From Lysobacterales bacterium (GTDB lineage: Bacteria > Pseudomonadota > Gammaproteobacteria > Xanthomonadales > SZUA-36): a stretch of 64,000 nucleotides of DNA. Where the stretch lies: contig JARROJ010000021.1 in assembly GCA_037384065.1 (NCBI GenBank), forward strand, positions 20,383-84,382, written 5' to 3'. The notes beneath the pieces were generated by a model. It saw only the letters and a program-made list of their open reading frames with translations, had not been told where the DNA came from and did no database searches. How positions within the stretch are numbered: the stretch's first letter is position 1; every line of letters starts with the position of its first letter. Made by a program: the position numbers and the translations under genes. This document shows positions 1 to 8,433 of this stretch, piece by piece.

Positions 1-1284
1 CCGTTCGGGCGCCTCCTCGGCCAGCGTCACGGCCGCCTGCACTTCGGCGGCCGCACGTTGCCAGTCTTCCTCATTCGCGGCGTGCACGACCGCCAGCCGG
101 GAGCCGGCCTCGATCGCGGCGCCAGGCTCGGGCAACCCGCTCAGACCGACCGCCGGATCGATCCGGTCTTCGGACCGCTGGCGTCCGCCGCCGAGGCCGA
201 CCACGGTCCAACCGATCGCACGCGCGTCGATCGCGGCCAGGTAACCGGACGACGAAGCATCGACCGGGCGCACCACCGCGGCCCGCGGCAGATAATGTCC
301 GGGCCGCTCCAACAGATCGGCCGGGCCGCCCTGAGCCGCCACCGTTCGCGCGAACGCGGCCGCGGCCGCACCCGAGGCCAGGGATCGCCGCGCCCGGTCC
401 CGGCCCGCCTGCGGCGTTTCCGCCAGTGCGCCCATGTGCAGCAGTTCCCCCGACAGCGCCGTGATGACGTCGTACAGGCGACCGTCGGTGCTGTCGCCCT
501 GCAGGATGCGAATGGCCTCCCCGATTTCCAGCGCGTTGCCGGCGACCGGCGCCAGCGGCGCATTCATGTCGGTCAGCAGGGCGCTGCAACGCACCCCCGA
601 TTCGGCCGCCACCCGGGTCATTTCGCCGGCCAGCGTGCGCGCCGCGCCGATCGTCGGCGTGAACGCCCCGCCGCCGAACTTGATGTCGAGCACCAGTCCG
701 TCGAGGCCCTCGGCCAGCTTCTTTGAAAGGATCGAGGAAATCATCAGCGGCGGTGAATCGACGGTGGCGGTAATGTCCCGCACCGCGTAGATTCGACGGT
801 CCGCCGGCGCCAGTTCGTCGGTCTGCCCGACGATCGCGAGCCCGTTTTCGCGAACGAGGCGGGTAAACCGCTCGATTTCGAGCGCGGTCGTAAAGCCCGG
901 AATGCTTTCCAGTTTGTCCAGCGTGCCGCCGGTATGGCCAAGCCCGCGGCCGGAGATCATCGGCACGTATCCGCCCGACGCGGCGATGATGGGGCCGAGC
1001 ACCAGGCTCACCAGGTCGCCGACGCCGCCGGTCGAATGCTTGTCCAGAACCGGCCCGTTGAGCCCGGACCAGGACAGCACGCGACCGGAATCCCGCATGG
1101 CCCGGGTCAGGAGCGACTGCTCGAGAACGGTCATGCCCGTGAACCAGGTCGCCATGGTGAACGCCGCGATCTGCGGATCAGTCACGCTGCCGTCGCGGAT
1201 GCCCTCGACGAACGCCCGGATTTCGGCCTCGTTCAGGGGCGCGCGGTCGCGCTTCTTGCGAATGATGTTTTCAGCCCTGAACAC
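1..1284 (-). CDS. deoA: Thymidine (pyrimidine-nucleoside) phosphorylase, 3' end truncated by the window edge
   Basis: The minus-strand frame is open from position 1 to a GTG at 1284. My own translation gives VFRAENIIRKKRDRAPLNEAEIRAFVEG at the N-terminus, KHSTGGVGD (c. 1014-1040) and ISGRGLGHTGGTLDKLE (c. 900-960). It is missing from the ORF track because the stop lies beyond the window. Confidence 0.9.
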   Translation of the reverse strand, partial: MFRAENIIRKKRDRAPLNEAEIRAFVEGIRDGSVTDPQIAAFTMATWFTGMTVLEQSLLTRAMRDSGRVLSWSGLNGPVLDKHSTGGVGDLVSLVLGPIIAASGGYVPMISGRGLGHTGGTLDKLESIPGFTTALEIERFTRLVRENGLAIVGQTDELAPADRRIYAVRDITATVDSPPLMISSILSKKLAEGLDGLVLDIKFGGGAFTPTIGAARTLAGEMTRVAAESGVRCSALLTDMNAPLAPVAGNALEIGEAIRILQGDSTDGRLYDVITALSGELLHMGALAETPQAGRDRARRSLASGAAAAAFARTVAAQGGPADLLERPGHYLPRAAVVRPVDASSSGYLAAIDARAIGWTVVGLGGGRQRSEDRIDPAVGLSGLPEPGAAIEAGSRLAVVHAANEEDWQRAAAEVQAAVTLAEEAPER

Positions 1285-1305
1285 CAGGATCGCTCCGCCT
1301 CGCTG

Positions 1306-2196
1306 TCACTGCTCCAGGATCGAGCCGCGTTTCGCCAGCGCCCGGCATTTCTCCGGAGCGAGGGAAACGCGTGCTCCCTGCGGATCATAACAGGCGCACC
1401 GTCCGGTATCCGCAGACCAGGCGCAAACCAGTGAATCTTCCCACTGTTCGCGCTCGGTCTTGGGGCTGCCGTCGGCGTGGAACGCTTCGGGCCGCGCCGC
1501 CTGTTCACGCCCGGTTTCGAAGGCCTGGTAAACCCGCGTCAGATCGTCACGAAAGGCGATATAGAGACCGGAAAGCAGGGCGGCGAAAAGCAGCCAGCGA
1601 AGCAGCGCCACCCGGTTGATGAACCGCGCGGCGGACGGGTTCAGGCGGGCCGCTTCGATGCCATGCAGCGCCCGCGCGACCTGCTCCTCTTCCAGTTTCG
1701 GCTGCCCGGCCCGGCGCAGCCGGGCGAGCAGTTTCTCCGGCGCCACGACCTGGGCCGGCCGCGGTTCGGGAAAGGCCTGCGCGCCGACCAGCACGACAAG
1801 GGGCTCGAACACGGTCATCGGAAAATCGAGCGCCGAGGCCAGCGCTTCGACCTGCACGCGGTTGCGATGCACCGGATTGTCGAAACGGTCAATGCGCCCC
1901 AGGCGCCTGCGCTTCCAGCGCTCCTGGACGGCCGTGCCGGAAATTCGACCGGGCGCATACACGCTCTCGATCACGAAGATCCCGAACCGGGAAACCACGA
2001 CATGATCGATCCGCACCGTGCCGCCCCCGAACGGCAGGACCAGATCGTTGAACACGGTATAGCGGCTCCGCTCGAGTCCGACCGCGAGAATGCGCCGAAT
2101 GCGGCGCTCGGCGATATCGCCCCGAAAACGGGGCGAGCCGAGAAAAAAGACCAACAGGAGAAGGGGCGCTATCCAGGCAAGGTGGATCAACACCAC
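1306..2196 (-). CDS. NERD-domain membrane protein
   Basis: 296-aa ORF with a GTG start. It has an N-terminal TM helix, a NERD-like core (TVRIDHVVVSRFGIFVIESVYAPG), a second TM helix (LLRWLLFAALLSGLYIAF) and a Cys-containing C-terminus. Confidence 0.7.
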   Translation of the reverse strand: MVLIHLAWIAPLLLLVFFLGSPRFRGDIAERRIRRILAVGLERSRYTVFNDLVLPFGGGTVRIDHVVVSRFGIFVIESVYAPGRISGTAVQERWKRRRLGRIDRFDNPVHRNRVQVEALASALDFPMTVFEPLVVLVGAQAFPEPRPAQVVAPEKLLARLRRAGQPKLEEEQVARALHGIEAARLNPSAARFINRVALLRWLLFAALLSGLYIAFRDDLTRVYQAFETGREQAARPEAFHADGSPKTEREQWEDSLVCAWSADTGRCACYDPQGARVSLAPEKCRALAKRGSILEQ

Positions 2197-2203
2197 TCGA
2201 ACA

Positions 2204-2340
2204 TCAGCCGCACTTGGAATAGCCGCAGGACAGGCAGGTGGCGCAATTGTCCATGATCACGACGGCCTTGGTGTGGCACTTGAAGCAGAGCGTGGCGGAC
2301 GCGGGATAGTCCGAGTCGCCTCCGCTTCGGCGCGCTTCTG
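2204..2340 (-). other. Out-of-frame (-1) segment encoding the canonical Cys-rich C-terminal tail of class II RNR
   Basis: The -1 frame relative to nrdJb reads ...GDSDYPASATLCFKCHTKAVVIMDNCATCLSCGYSKCG followed by a stop at 2204-2206, giving a CxxC-x10-CxxC-x2-C-x4-C pattern. Both frames are open across c. 2290-2350. Confidence 0.6.
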
Positions 2341-2889
2341 GTTTAACAGCAGCTGCTGTTGCTCGGAGAGTTCTTCTTTCTCCATCAGGCCGATCTTCTG
2401 CAGATGATGCTCGATCACGGCGCCGATGTCGGCAATGATGGACGGCATGAACTTGCCGCCCGGCTTGAAGTAACCGCCGCGCGGATCGAACACGGCCTGC
2501 AGTTCCTCGGCGAGAAAGGTCACGTCACCGCCCTTGCGGAACACGGCCGACATCAGGCGTGTCAGCGCCACGATCCACTGGAAGTGGTCCATGTTTTTCG
2601 AGTTGATGAAAATCTCGAACGGTCGGCGCTGCTCGTGTTCGGTGCCCGCGTTCAGGACGATGTCGTTGATCGTCACGTACATCGCGTGGTCATCGAGCGG
2701 CGTCTTGATCTTGTACGTCGAGCCTTCCAGCGCCTCCATGCCCTCCGGCCGCATGACCTGCTCGGTCATGCGGATGATCGTGGCGCTTTTGCGCTCCTCG
2801 TTTTCCGGCGCCTGCTGCTTCTGCGCGGCGTCCTGTTCGTCCTTGACGACTTCGTAGCCGACGATCTTGCTGTCTATTCTGATGGTCAT
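2257..2889 (-). CDS. nrdJb: Class II (adenosylcobalamin) ribonucleotide reductase, C-terminal subunit NrdJb-like
   Basis: ATG at 2889. The motifs YKIKTP, PFEIFINSKNMDHFQW, TRLMSAVFRKGGD and VFDPRGGYF match the C-terminal part of class II RNR, as in split NrdJa/NrdJb. The last c. 20 aa (TRTIPRPPRSASSATPRPS) look like out-of-frame read-through. Confidence 0.85.
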   Translation of the reverse strand: MTIRIDSKIVGYEVVKDEQDAAQKQQAPENEERKSATIIRMTEQVMRPEGMEALEGSTYKIKTPLDDHAMYVTINDIVLNAGTEHEQRRPFEIFINSKNMDHFQWIVALTRLMSAVFRKGGDVTFLAEELQAVFDPRGGYFKPGGKFMPSIIADIGAVIEHHLQKIGLMEKEELSEQQQLLLNQKRAEAEATRTIPRPPRSASSATPRPS

Positions 2890-3128
2890 TGCTCTTCAAC
2901 CTGTCTCGTCTGTGCCGATCCCGTGATGGCGCCGAATCGCCCGCCGGGCGCCCGGTCCTGTGGTCTCGGTCGAATTTTCCGAACCCTGGCGTATCACGCC
3001 CTCAATCCTGTTCCCGGGAGAAAAGAGTTGTACGTCCATGTACGCAAAGTCTCCGTGAAGCTGGCGGTCCCAGTTTCCCTCTCCGCCAATTTATCCCTGA
3101 TTGGTTTTTATTCTGGACTTCCGTGCGC

Positions 3129-3162
3129 TTTACACACACTTCCTTTTTACACACACTTCCTT
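3129..3162. repeat. Perfect tandem duplication of a 17-bp unit (tttacacacacttcctt x2)
   Basis: Read directly at 3129-3145 and 3146-3162, inside the nrdJa-nrdJb spacer. Confidence 0.9.
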
Positions 3163-3169
3163 GTCCGGC

Positions 3170-3185
3170 AACGGCCCGGGCCGTT
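3170..3185. repeat. Perfect 16-bp palindrome aacggcccgggccgtt
   Basis: Read directly. It lies 8 bp from the 17-bp tandem repeat in the nrdJ spacer. Confidence 0.85.
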
Positions 3186-3274
3186 CATTCGTCTGTCCCT
3201 GCAGCCTTCTCCCCCGTTCCTCTCCGGCTTCTGCGCGCCGCGCGTCGTGTGCGCGGCTCATTCACTCCAAAAAA

Positions 3275-5422
3275 TCAGAACTTGCCGTAATAACCTTCTT
3301 TCAGTGCGTCGAACAGGTTGGCGGCCGTATGCAGCTCACCGTCGTATTCGACCTCCTCGTTGCCCGCGACCTCGACGACTTCGCCATCGTCCAGTACGAA
3401 GCGGTACTTCGTGTTCTCGAGATCCTTGTCCTTGACGAGGACGCCCTGGAACGCCTCCGGGTTGAACCGGAACGTCGTGCATCCCTTCAGACCCTTGCTG
3501 TGCGCGTAAAGGTAGATGTCCTTGAAATCCTCGTACGGGAAATCCGTCGGCACGTTGGCCGTTTTCGAGATCGAGGAATCGACCCACTTCTGCGCCGCCG
3601 CCTGGATGTCGACGTGCTCCTTGGGCGAAATGTCTTCCGCCGTGATGAAGCAATCGGGCAACTTCGCGGCTTCCTCCTGGGCGTACGGCATCGCGTCGGG
3701 ATTGACCAGCGTGCGGTAGGCCAGCAACTCGTAGCTGTATACGCCGATCTTTTCCTTGGTCTTGCGCCCCTCGCGGATCACGTTGCGGCTGTAGTGATGC
3801 GCGAAGCTGGGCTCGATGCCGTTGGAGACGTTGTTCGCCAGCGACAGGGAAATCGTGCCGGTGGGCGCGATGGACGTGTGATGCGTGAACCGCCCCCCCT
3901 CTTTCGCCAACGCGTCGACCAGTTCCGGCGCGTATTCGGCGACCCGCTGCATGTAGCGACTGTAGCGCGCCCACAGGATCTTGCCGGACACGCGGTCCCC
4001 GACCTCGTAGCCGTCGGCCGCCATTTCCGGACGCCGGCGCAACATATCGCCGGTAACTTCGAATTCGTCGTCCATGATCGGGGCCGGCCCTTTTTCACGA
4101 GACAGCTCCAGCGCCTGTTCCCAGCCCGCCAGCGCCATCTCGCGCGCCACGCGCTCGGTGAATTCGAGCGATTCCGGGCTGCCGTACTTCATGCCCAGCA
4201 TCGTCAGGGTGGAACCCAGACCGAGGAAACCCATGCCGTGGCGACGCTTGCGCTCGATTTCGTCGCGCTGTTTGCCAAGCGGCAGGCCGTTGATTTCGAC
4301 CACGTTGTCCAGCAGACGCGTGAAGACCTGAACGACTTCGCCGTATTCGGACCAATCGAACCGCGCCTCGGGCGTAAACGGGTTTTCGACGAAGCGGGTC
4401 AGGTTGACCGAGCCGAGCAGGCAGGCGCCGTAAGGCGGCAGGGGCTGTTCGCCGCAGGGGTTGGTCGCCCGGATGTTCTCGCAGAACCAGTTGTTGTTCA
4501 TCTCGTTGATGTGATCGACCATGATGAACCCGGGTTCGGCGAAATCGTAGGTCGAGGACATGATCATGTCCCACATCCGCCGCGCCGGTATCGACTTGTA
4601 CACGCGGCAGGCGACCAGGCCGTCCTCGCGCACGATGTAACCGTTGGTGTTCGGCCACTCGCGCCAGATGACCTGCTCCGGATCGTCCAGGTCAAAGGCA
4701 TCGGCCTCGTGCTCGTTGATCGGGAACGCGAGTTTCCACGTCTGGTTTTCGCGCACCGCGTCGATGAACTCGTCGGTGATCAGCAGCGAGCAGTTGAACT
4801 GCCGCAACCGGCCGTCCTCGCGCTTGGCGCGAATGAAATCCATGGCGTCGGGGTGGCCGACGTCGAAGGTCGCCATCTGCGCGCCGCGCCGGCCGCCGGC
4901 CGAGGACACCGTGAAACACATCTTGTCGTAGATGTCCATGAAGCTGAGCGGGCCGGAGGTGTAGGCGCCGGCGCCCGAAACGTAGGCGCCCTTCGGCCGC
5001 AGGGTGGAGAATTCGTAACCGATGCCGCAGCCGGCCTTCAGCGTCAGGCCGGCTTCGTGAACCTTGTCCAGGATGCCGTCCATCGAGTCCTTGATCGTGC
5101 CCGAGACGGTGCAGTTGATCGTGGAGGTGGCCGGTTTGTGCGCCTGGGCGCCGGCATTGGACGTGATGCGGCCCGCCGGAATCGCGCCCCGGCGCAAGGC
5201 CCACAGGAAACGCTCGTACCACGTCTCACGCGCTTCCTTGTCCTGCTCGACGTCCGCGATCGCGCGCGCGACGCGCCGGTACGTATCGTCGATCGTCCGG
5301 TCGATGATTTCCCCGGTTTTGGACTTCAGTCGGTACTTCTTGTCCCAGATATCGAGCGACGCTTCCTGCATCGCGATCTCTTTGGAATCAGTGTCAATCG
5401 GCTCAACCTGCACGCTGCTCAT
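3275..5422 (-). CDS. nrdJa: Class II (adenosylcobalamin) ribonucleotide reductase, large catalytic part NrdJa
   Basis: The ORF-track entry 3275..5587 was trimmed to the ATG at 5422 (MSSVQVEPID...). The trimmed upstream 55 codons would otherwise cover the NrdR boxes. Motifs seen: TSNAGA, STINCTV, NPCGEQPLPPYGACLLGSVNL and HTSIAPTGTIS. Confidence 0.93.
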   Translation of the reverse strand: MSSVQVEPIDTDSKEIAMQEASLDIWDKKYRLKSKTGEIIDRTIDDTYRRVARAIADVEQDKEARETWYERFLWALRRGAIPAGRITSNAGAQAHKPATSTINCTVSGTIKDSMDGILDKVHEAGLTLKAGCGIGYEFSTLRPKGAYVSGAGAYTSGPLSFMDIYDKMCFTVSSAGGRRGAQMATFDVGHPDAMDFIRAKREDGRLRQFNCSLLITDEFIDAVRENQTWKLAFPINEHEADAFDLDDPEQVIWREWPNTNGYIVREDGLVACRVYKSIPARRMWDMIMSSTYDFAEPGFIMVDHINEMNNNWFCENIRATNPCGEQPLPPYGACLLGSVNLTRFVENPFTPEARFDWSEYGEVVQVFTRLLDNVVEINGLPLGKQRDEIERKRRHGMGFLGLGSTLTMLGMKYGSPESLEFTERVAREMALAGWEQALELSREKGPAPIMDDEFEVTGDMLRRRPEMAADGYEVGDRVSGKILWARYSRYMQRVAEYAPELVDALAKEGGRFTHHTSIAPTGTISLSLANNVSNGIEPSFAHHYSRNVIREGRKTKEKIGVYSYELLAYRTLVNPDAMPYAQEEAAKLPDCFITAEDISPKEHVDIQAAAQKWVDSSISKTANVPTDFPYEDFKDIYLYAHSKGLKGCTTFRFNPEAFQGVLVKDKDLENTKYRFVLDDGEVVEVAGNEEVEYDGELHTAANLFDALKEGYYGKF

Positions 5423-5464
5423 TAATTTTTCCGTGTAATTGTTTGGTTTTGTTTGAGTCTGTGG

Positions 5465-5512
5465 GCACAATCTATTGTGCGTTATTTTAATTTTGGGCAC
5501 AAGATATTGTGC
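5465..5512 (-). promoter_or_regulatory. Two tandem NrdR boxes upstream of nrdJa
   Basis: gcacaatctattgtgc (5465-5480) and gcacaagatattgtgc (5497-5512) are 16-bp near-palindromes of the acaCwAtATaTwGtgt type with starts 32 bp apart. An AT-rich TAAAAT-like element lies between them (minus strand), 43 nt upstream of the nrdJa ATG. Confidence 0.75.
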
Positions 5513-5714
5513 CAACGATCGGAAAAGATACGCCCCGGCTCCGGTCGTGTCAAATGACCCGACCGGTGATCGGGCGCAGGACAGCAAGACGGTAAACCGT
5601 TTAAAATCAGTCAGCTGTGAATCCGCTACCGGCTAAGTCCTTGATCGAGCGACAGCCCGTGGCGATAAAAATTCGATTCGTTTCGTCGCAAATCCTACGG
5701 GGCTTCGCAATCGC

Positions 5715-6179
5715 ATGCTGAACATCGTGCTGTACCAGCCGGAAATTCCGCCCAACACGGGCAACGTCATGCGCCTGTGCGCGAACGCGGGCGCGCGGCT
5801 GCACCTGGTCGGGCCGTTGGGGTTCACGCTGGACGACAAACAGCTCAGGCGGGCGGGCCTCGATTACCGCGACCGCGCCGCCGTGACGACGTACGCCGAT
5901 TGGGACGACTGGCTCGAGCGGGTCGGCTGGCAAACCGTCTGGGCTTTTTCGACCCGCGGACAAACCGCGCACAGCGCGGCGCGATTCCATACTGGCGACA
6001 CGCTGTTGTTCGGCCCGGAATCCCGCGGTTTGCCGCGCGCCCTGCTCGACCGGGCGGGGGCCGAACATACCCTGCGCGTGCCGATGCGGGCGGACAGCCG
6101 TAGCCTGAACCTGTCGAATTGCGTTGCGATCGCCCTGTACGAGGCGCTGCGGCAACTGGCGTTTCCGGATCTGAACTGA
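5715..6179 (+). CDS. trmL: tRNA (cytidine/uridine-34 2'-O)-methyltransferase, SpoU/TrmL family
   Basis: 154 aa with NTGNVMRLC, LLFGPESRGLP and SLNLSNCVAIALYEA. Confidence 0.9.
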   Translation: MLNIVLYQPEIPPNTGNVMRLCANAGARLHLVGPLGFTLDDKQLRRAGLDYRDRAAVTTYADWDDWLERVGWQTVWAFSTRGQTAHSAARFHTGDTLLFGPESRGLPRALLDRAGAEHTLRVPMRADSRSLNLSNCVAIALYEALRQLAFPDLN

Positions 6180-6204
6180 ATGCCGGCGCCCGGTGTGGGC
6201 GCCG

Positions 6205-7242
6205 TCAGGCCGTTTCGCTCTTGGGCTCCCGGGCGAGCAATTCGCGAACACACTCGTTCGGATCGCGCCCCTTGTGGATGATGCCGTACACCTGTTCGGA
6301 AATCGGCATGTCGACGCCCAGCCGGCCGGCGAGGCGCCAGATCTCGGCAGCTGTCTTGACGCCCTCGACGACCTGCCCGATTTCCGCGACCGCCTCATCG
6401 ACGGTCTTGCCGGCGCCCAGCGCCAGGCCGAGACGCCGGTTCCGCGACAGGTCGCCGGTGCAGGTCAGCACCAGATCGCCGACGCCGGTCAGCCCGGTGA
6501 GGGTCTCCGGCTTGGCCCCCAGGGCGCGGCCGAGTCGCATCATTTCGGCCAGTCCGCGTGTGATCAGCGCCGCGCGCGCATTGTTGCCCAGGCCCATGCC
6601 GTCCGAGATACCGGTCGCCACCGCGAGCACGTTCTTGACCGAACCGCCAAGCTCGGCGCCGACGATGTCGTCGCTGGTGTAGGCGCGGAAATTGCAGCCG
6701 TGAAGCGCCCGGGCGATGCGCGCGCAATACGCCGGATCGGTGCCCGCCACGGTGATCGCGGTCGGCAGGTTCGCCGCCACCTCCGCGGCAAAGGAAGGTC
6801 CGGTGACGACCGCGAGCGGTCGTTCGTGTCCGAACAAGGCTTCGGCGGGTTCGTGCAGAAACCGGCCGGTCCCCGGATCCAGCCCCTTGCACGCCCAGGC
6901 GACACCCTGACCCGCCTGAAGCCAGGGTGCGATCTGTTTCAACAGACCCGCGAACGCGTGCGACGGCACGACGATCAGCAACTCGTCGGCGCCGCGGACC
7001 GCGGTTTCAAGGTCGGGTTCGGTTTCGAGCCCCTCGGGCAGGGGATAGTCCGGCAGGAACTTTTCGTTCCGACCGGCCCGTCCGACCGCCTCGATGTGGT
7101 CGCGATCCCAGTCCCAGAGCACGACGCGGGAACCGGCGCGCGTCAACTGCATCGCCAGCGCCGTTCCCCAGGAACCGGCGCCGAGCACCGCAAACCGGAG
7201 GGCTTGCGCGTCAGAACGTTCCTGACCTGGAACCTCGGTCAT
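6205..7242 (-). CDS. gpsA: NAD(P)H-dependent glycerol-3-phosphate dehydrogenase
   Basis: 345 aa with VLGAGSWGTALA, the GSVKNVLAVATGISDG motif and a full-length GpsA-like sequence. Confidence 0.95.
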   Translation of the reverse strand: MTEVPGQERSDAQALRFAVLGAGSWGTALAMQLTRAGSRVVLWDWDRDHIEAVGRAGRNEKFLPDYPLPEGLETEPDLETAVRGADELLIVVPSHAFAGLLKQIAPWLQAGQGVAWACKGLDPGTGRFLHEPAEALFGHERPLAVVTGPSFAAEVAANLPTAITVAGTDPAYCARIARALHGCNFRAYTSDDIVGAELGGSVKNVLAVATGISDGMGLGNNARAALITRGLAEMMRLGRALGAKPETLTGLTGVGDLVLTCTGDLSRNRRLGLALGAGKTVDEAVAEIGQVVEGVKTAAEIWRLAGRLGVDMPISEQVYGIIHKGRDPNECVRELLAREPKSETA

Positions 7243-7245
7243 GCG

Positions 7246-7782
7246 TCAGTTGTTTTGCGTGAACTCGGCCTGGACCGTTTCGTCACCGCCCTGATCGCCG
7301 GCATTCTGCTGCTCGGCAGCGGCCTGCTGCATGCGCTGTGCGTAGAGCTGTTCGAAATTGATCGGCTGCAGCGTCAGCGGGGGAAAACCGCCGTCCGCGA
7401 CCAGGTTGCCGATCGCGGAGCGCGCGTACGGAAACAGGGTGTTCGGGCACAGCGTGTTGATCACGGCGTGCATGGTCCGCTCGTCCAGACCGCTGACCAG
7501 GAAAATACCGGCCTGCGCGACCTCCGCCAGGTAGGCGGTCTTGTCGCCGACGGTCGCGGTCACCGTTACGGTCAGCACCACTTCGTGGTTGTCTTCGCCC
7601 AGGTCCTGGACCCGCTGCTGGAGGTTCAGTTTGACCTCGGCCTGGCCGGTGTCCTGGAACACCTGGGGCGCATTGGGGATTTCAAACGAAACATCCTTGG
7701 TGTAGAGCTTCTGAATCTGGAACTGGCCGCCCTGGGCGCCGCCCTGCGGATTGGCCTGCTGCGGAATCTGTTCTTCTGCCAT
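7246..7782 (-). CDS. secB: Protein-export chaperone SecB
   Basis: FQIQKLYTKDVSFEIPNAPQVF and NTLCPNTLFPYAR. The start is taken as the ATG at 7782 (MAEEQ). An ATG at 7791 and a GTG at 7794 are alternatives. Confidence 0.9.
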   Translation of the reverse strand: MAEEQIPQQANPQGGAQGGQFQIQKLYTKDVSFEIPNAPQVFQDTGQAEVKLNLQQRVQDLGEDNHEVVLTVTVTATVGDKTAYLAEVAQAGIFLVSGLDERTMHAVINTLCPNTLFPYARSAIGNLVADGGFPPLTLQPINFEQLYAQRMQQAAAEQQNAGDQGGDETVQAEFTQNN

Positions 7783-7844
7783 GTTGTGCATCACTCGTCA
7801 GGTTGGGCCGCCGCAAACGCGCGGCGGTAAAAACGGGGATTATC

Positions 7845-8273
7845 TCATTTTTTGGTGGTAACGGGGAACTGATCGCTGCGCCATGCCCCCATGCCGCCCT
7901 TCAGGATCGCCACCTCGGTCGCGCCCATTTTCCTGAGGTTGGCGGCGGCGGGAAAGGCGGTGTTGCCGCTGCGACAAACCACCAGCAACTTGCGATCCTT
8001 CAGCTTGAGCACTTCCGCATCCGGATCGGCCAGGCGCGACGGCGGGAAATTTCGCGCGTTCACGATGTGCCCGCGATTGAAATCGGCTACCGGCGAAATG
8101 TCCACGATGACGGCGTCGCCGTCGTTGATCCACGGCACCGCCTGCGCCGGCGTCAATTCGAGAAAGCCCTGGGTGCGACGCCTCAGTTCAGTGAAGATCA
8201 GCACGATCAGAACCGCGAAGAAGCCGCCGACCAGCAGCGGATGGTTGGTCGTGAACTCGATGACCTGTTCCAT
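7845..8273 (-). CDS. Rhodanese-domain membrane-anchored protein (YibN-like)
   Basis: The ORF was trimmed to the ATG at 8273 (MEQVIEF...). It has an N-terminal TM helix and the rhodanese loop VVCRSGNTA. Synteny with secB/gpsA and gpmI matches E. coli yibN. Confidence 0.8.
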   Translation of the reverse strand: MEQVIEFTTNHPLLVGGFFAVLIVLIFTELRRRTQGFLELTPAQAVPWINDGDAVIVDISPVADFNRGHIVNARNFPPSRLADPDAEVLKLKDRKLLVVCRSGNTAFPAAANLRKMGATEVAILKGGMGAWRSDQFPVTTKK

Positions 8274-8433
8274 GCTCCAATCTCTTTTATGAAATAATAT
8301 CGATCTTTCCGGCCACCCGAAACGGGCCGGCCGGTTCGGCGCAGCGCGTCGCGTGACGCGACACATCTGGAGGCGCCGGACCCCTATTACAAGCGAGCGG
8401 CGCGGCACGACCAGACGCGCGTCCGGAGGTTAC

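Noticed and set aside
2890-3274. Possible cobalamin riboswitch in the nrdJ spacer (AGGGAAAC-like stretch on the minus strand)
   Set aside because: I could not find the B12-box core (GCCACUG-type) or the expected paired elements by eye. B12 riboswitches normally repress B12-independent isozymes, not nrdJ. A covariance-model scan would be needed to be sure.
3101-5425. A 774-aa plus-strand ORF mirroring nrdJa. Similar long ORFs: 8797..10323(-), 10553..12370(-), 39341..40705(+), 49022..50734(-), 50832..52295(+), 54545..56203(-)
   Set aside because: Each lies antisense to a gene with unmistakable family motifs. Their translations are Arg/Ala/Gly/Pro-rich low-complexity strings with no recognisable domains. 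They are typical stop-codon-poor antisense frames of high-GC DNA.
5423-5587. N-terminal extensions offered by the ORF track: nrdJa to 5587, gpmI from 8353, rhodanese to 8408, ctaG from 22355, rho from 35559, YceI from 41173, DUF3604 to 62953, repeat protein to 60665
   Set aside because: The extensions are Arg/Pro-rich or overlap regulatory sites or upstream genes. Downstream starts align with known family N-termini, signal peptides and Shine-Dalgarno sequences. Several track starts are TTG or GTG rather than ATG.
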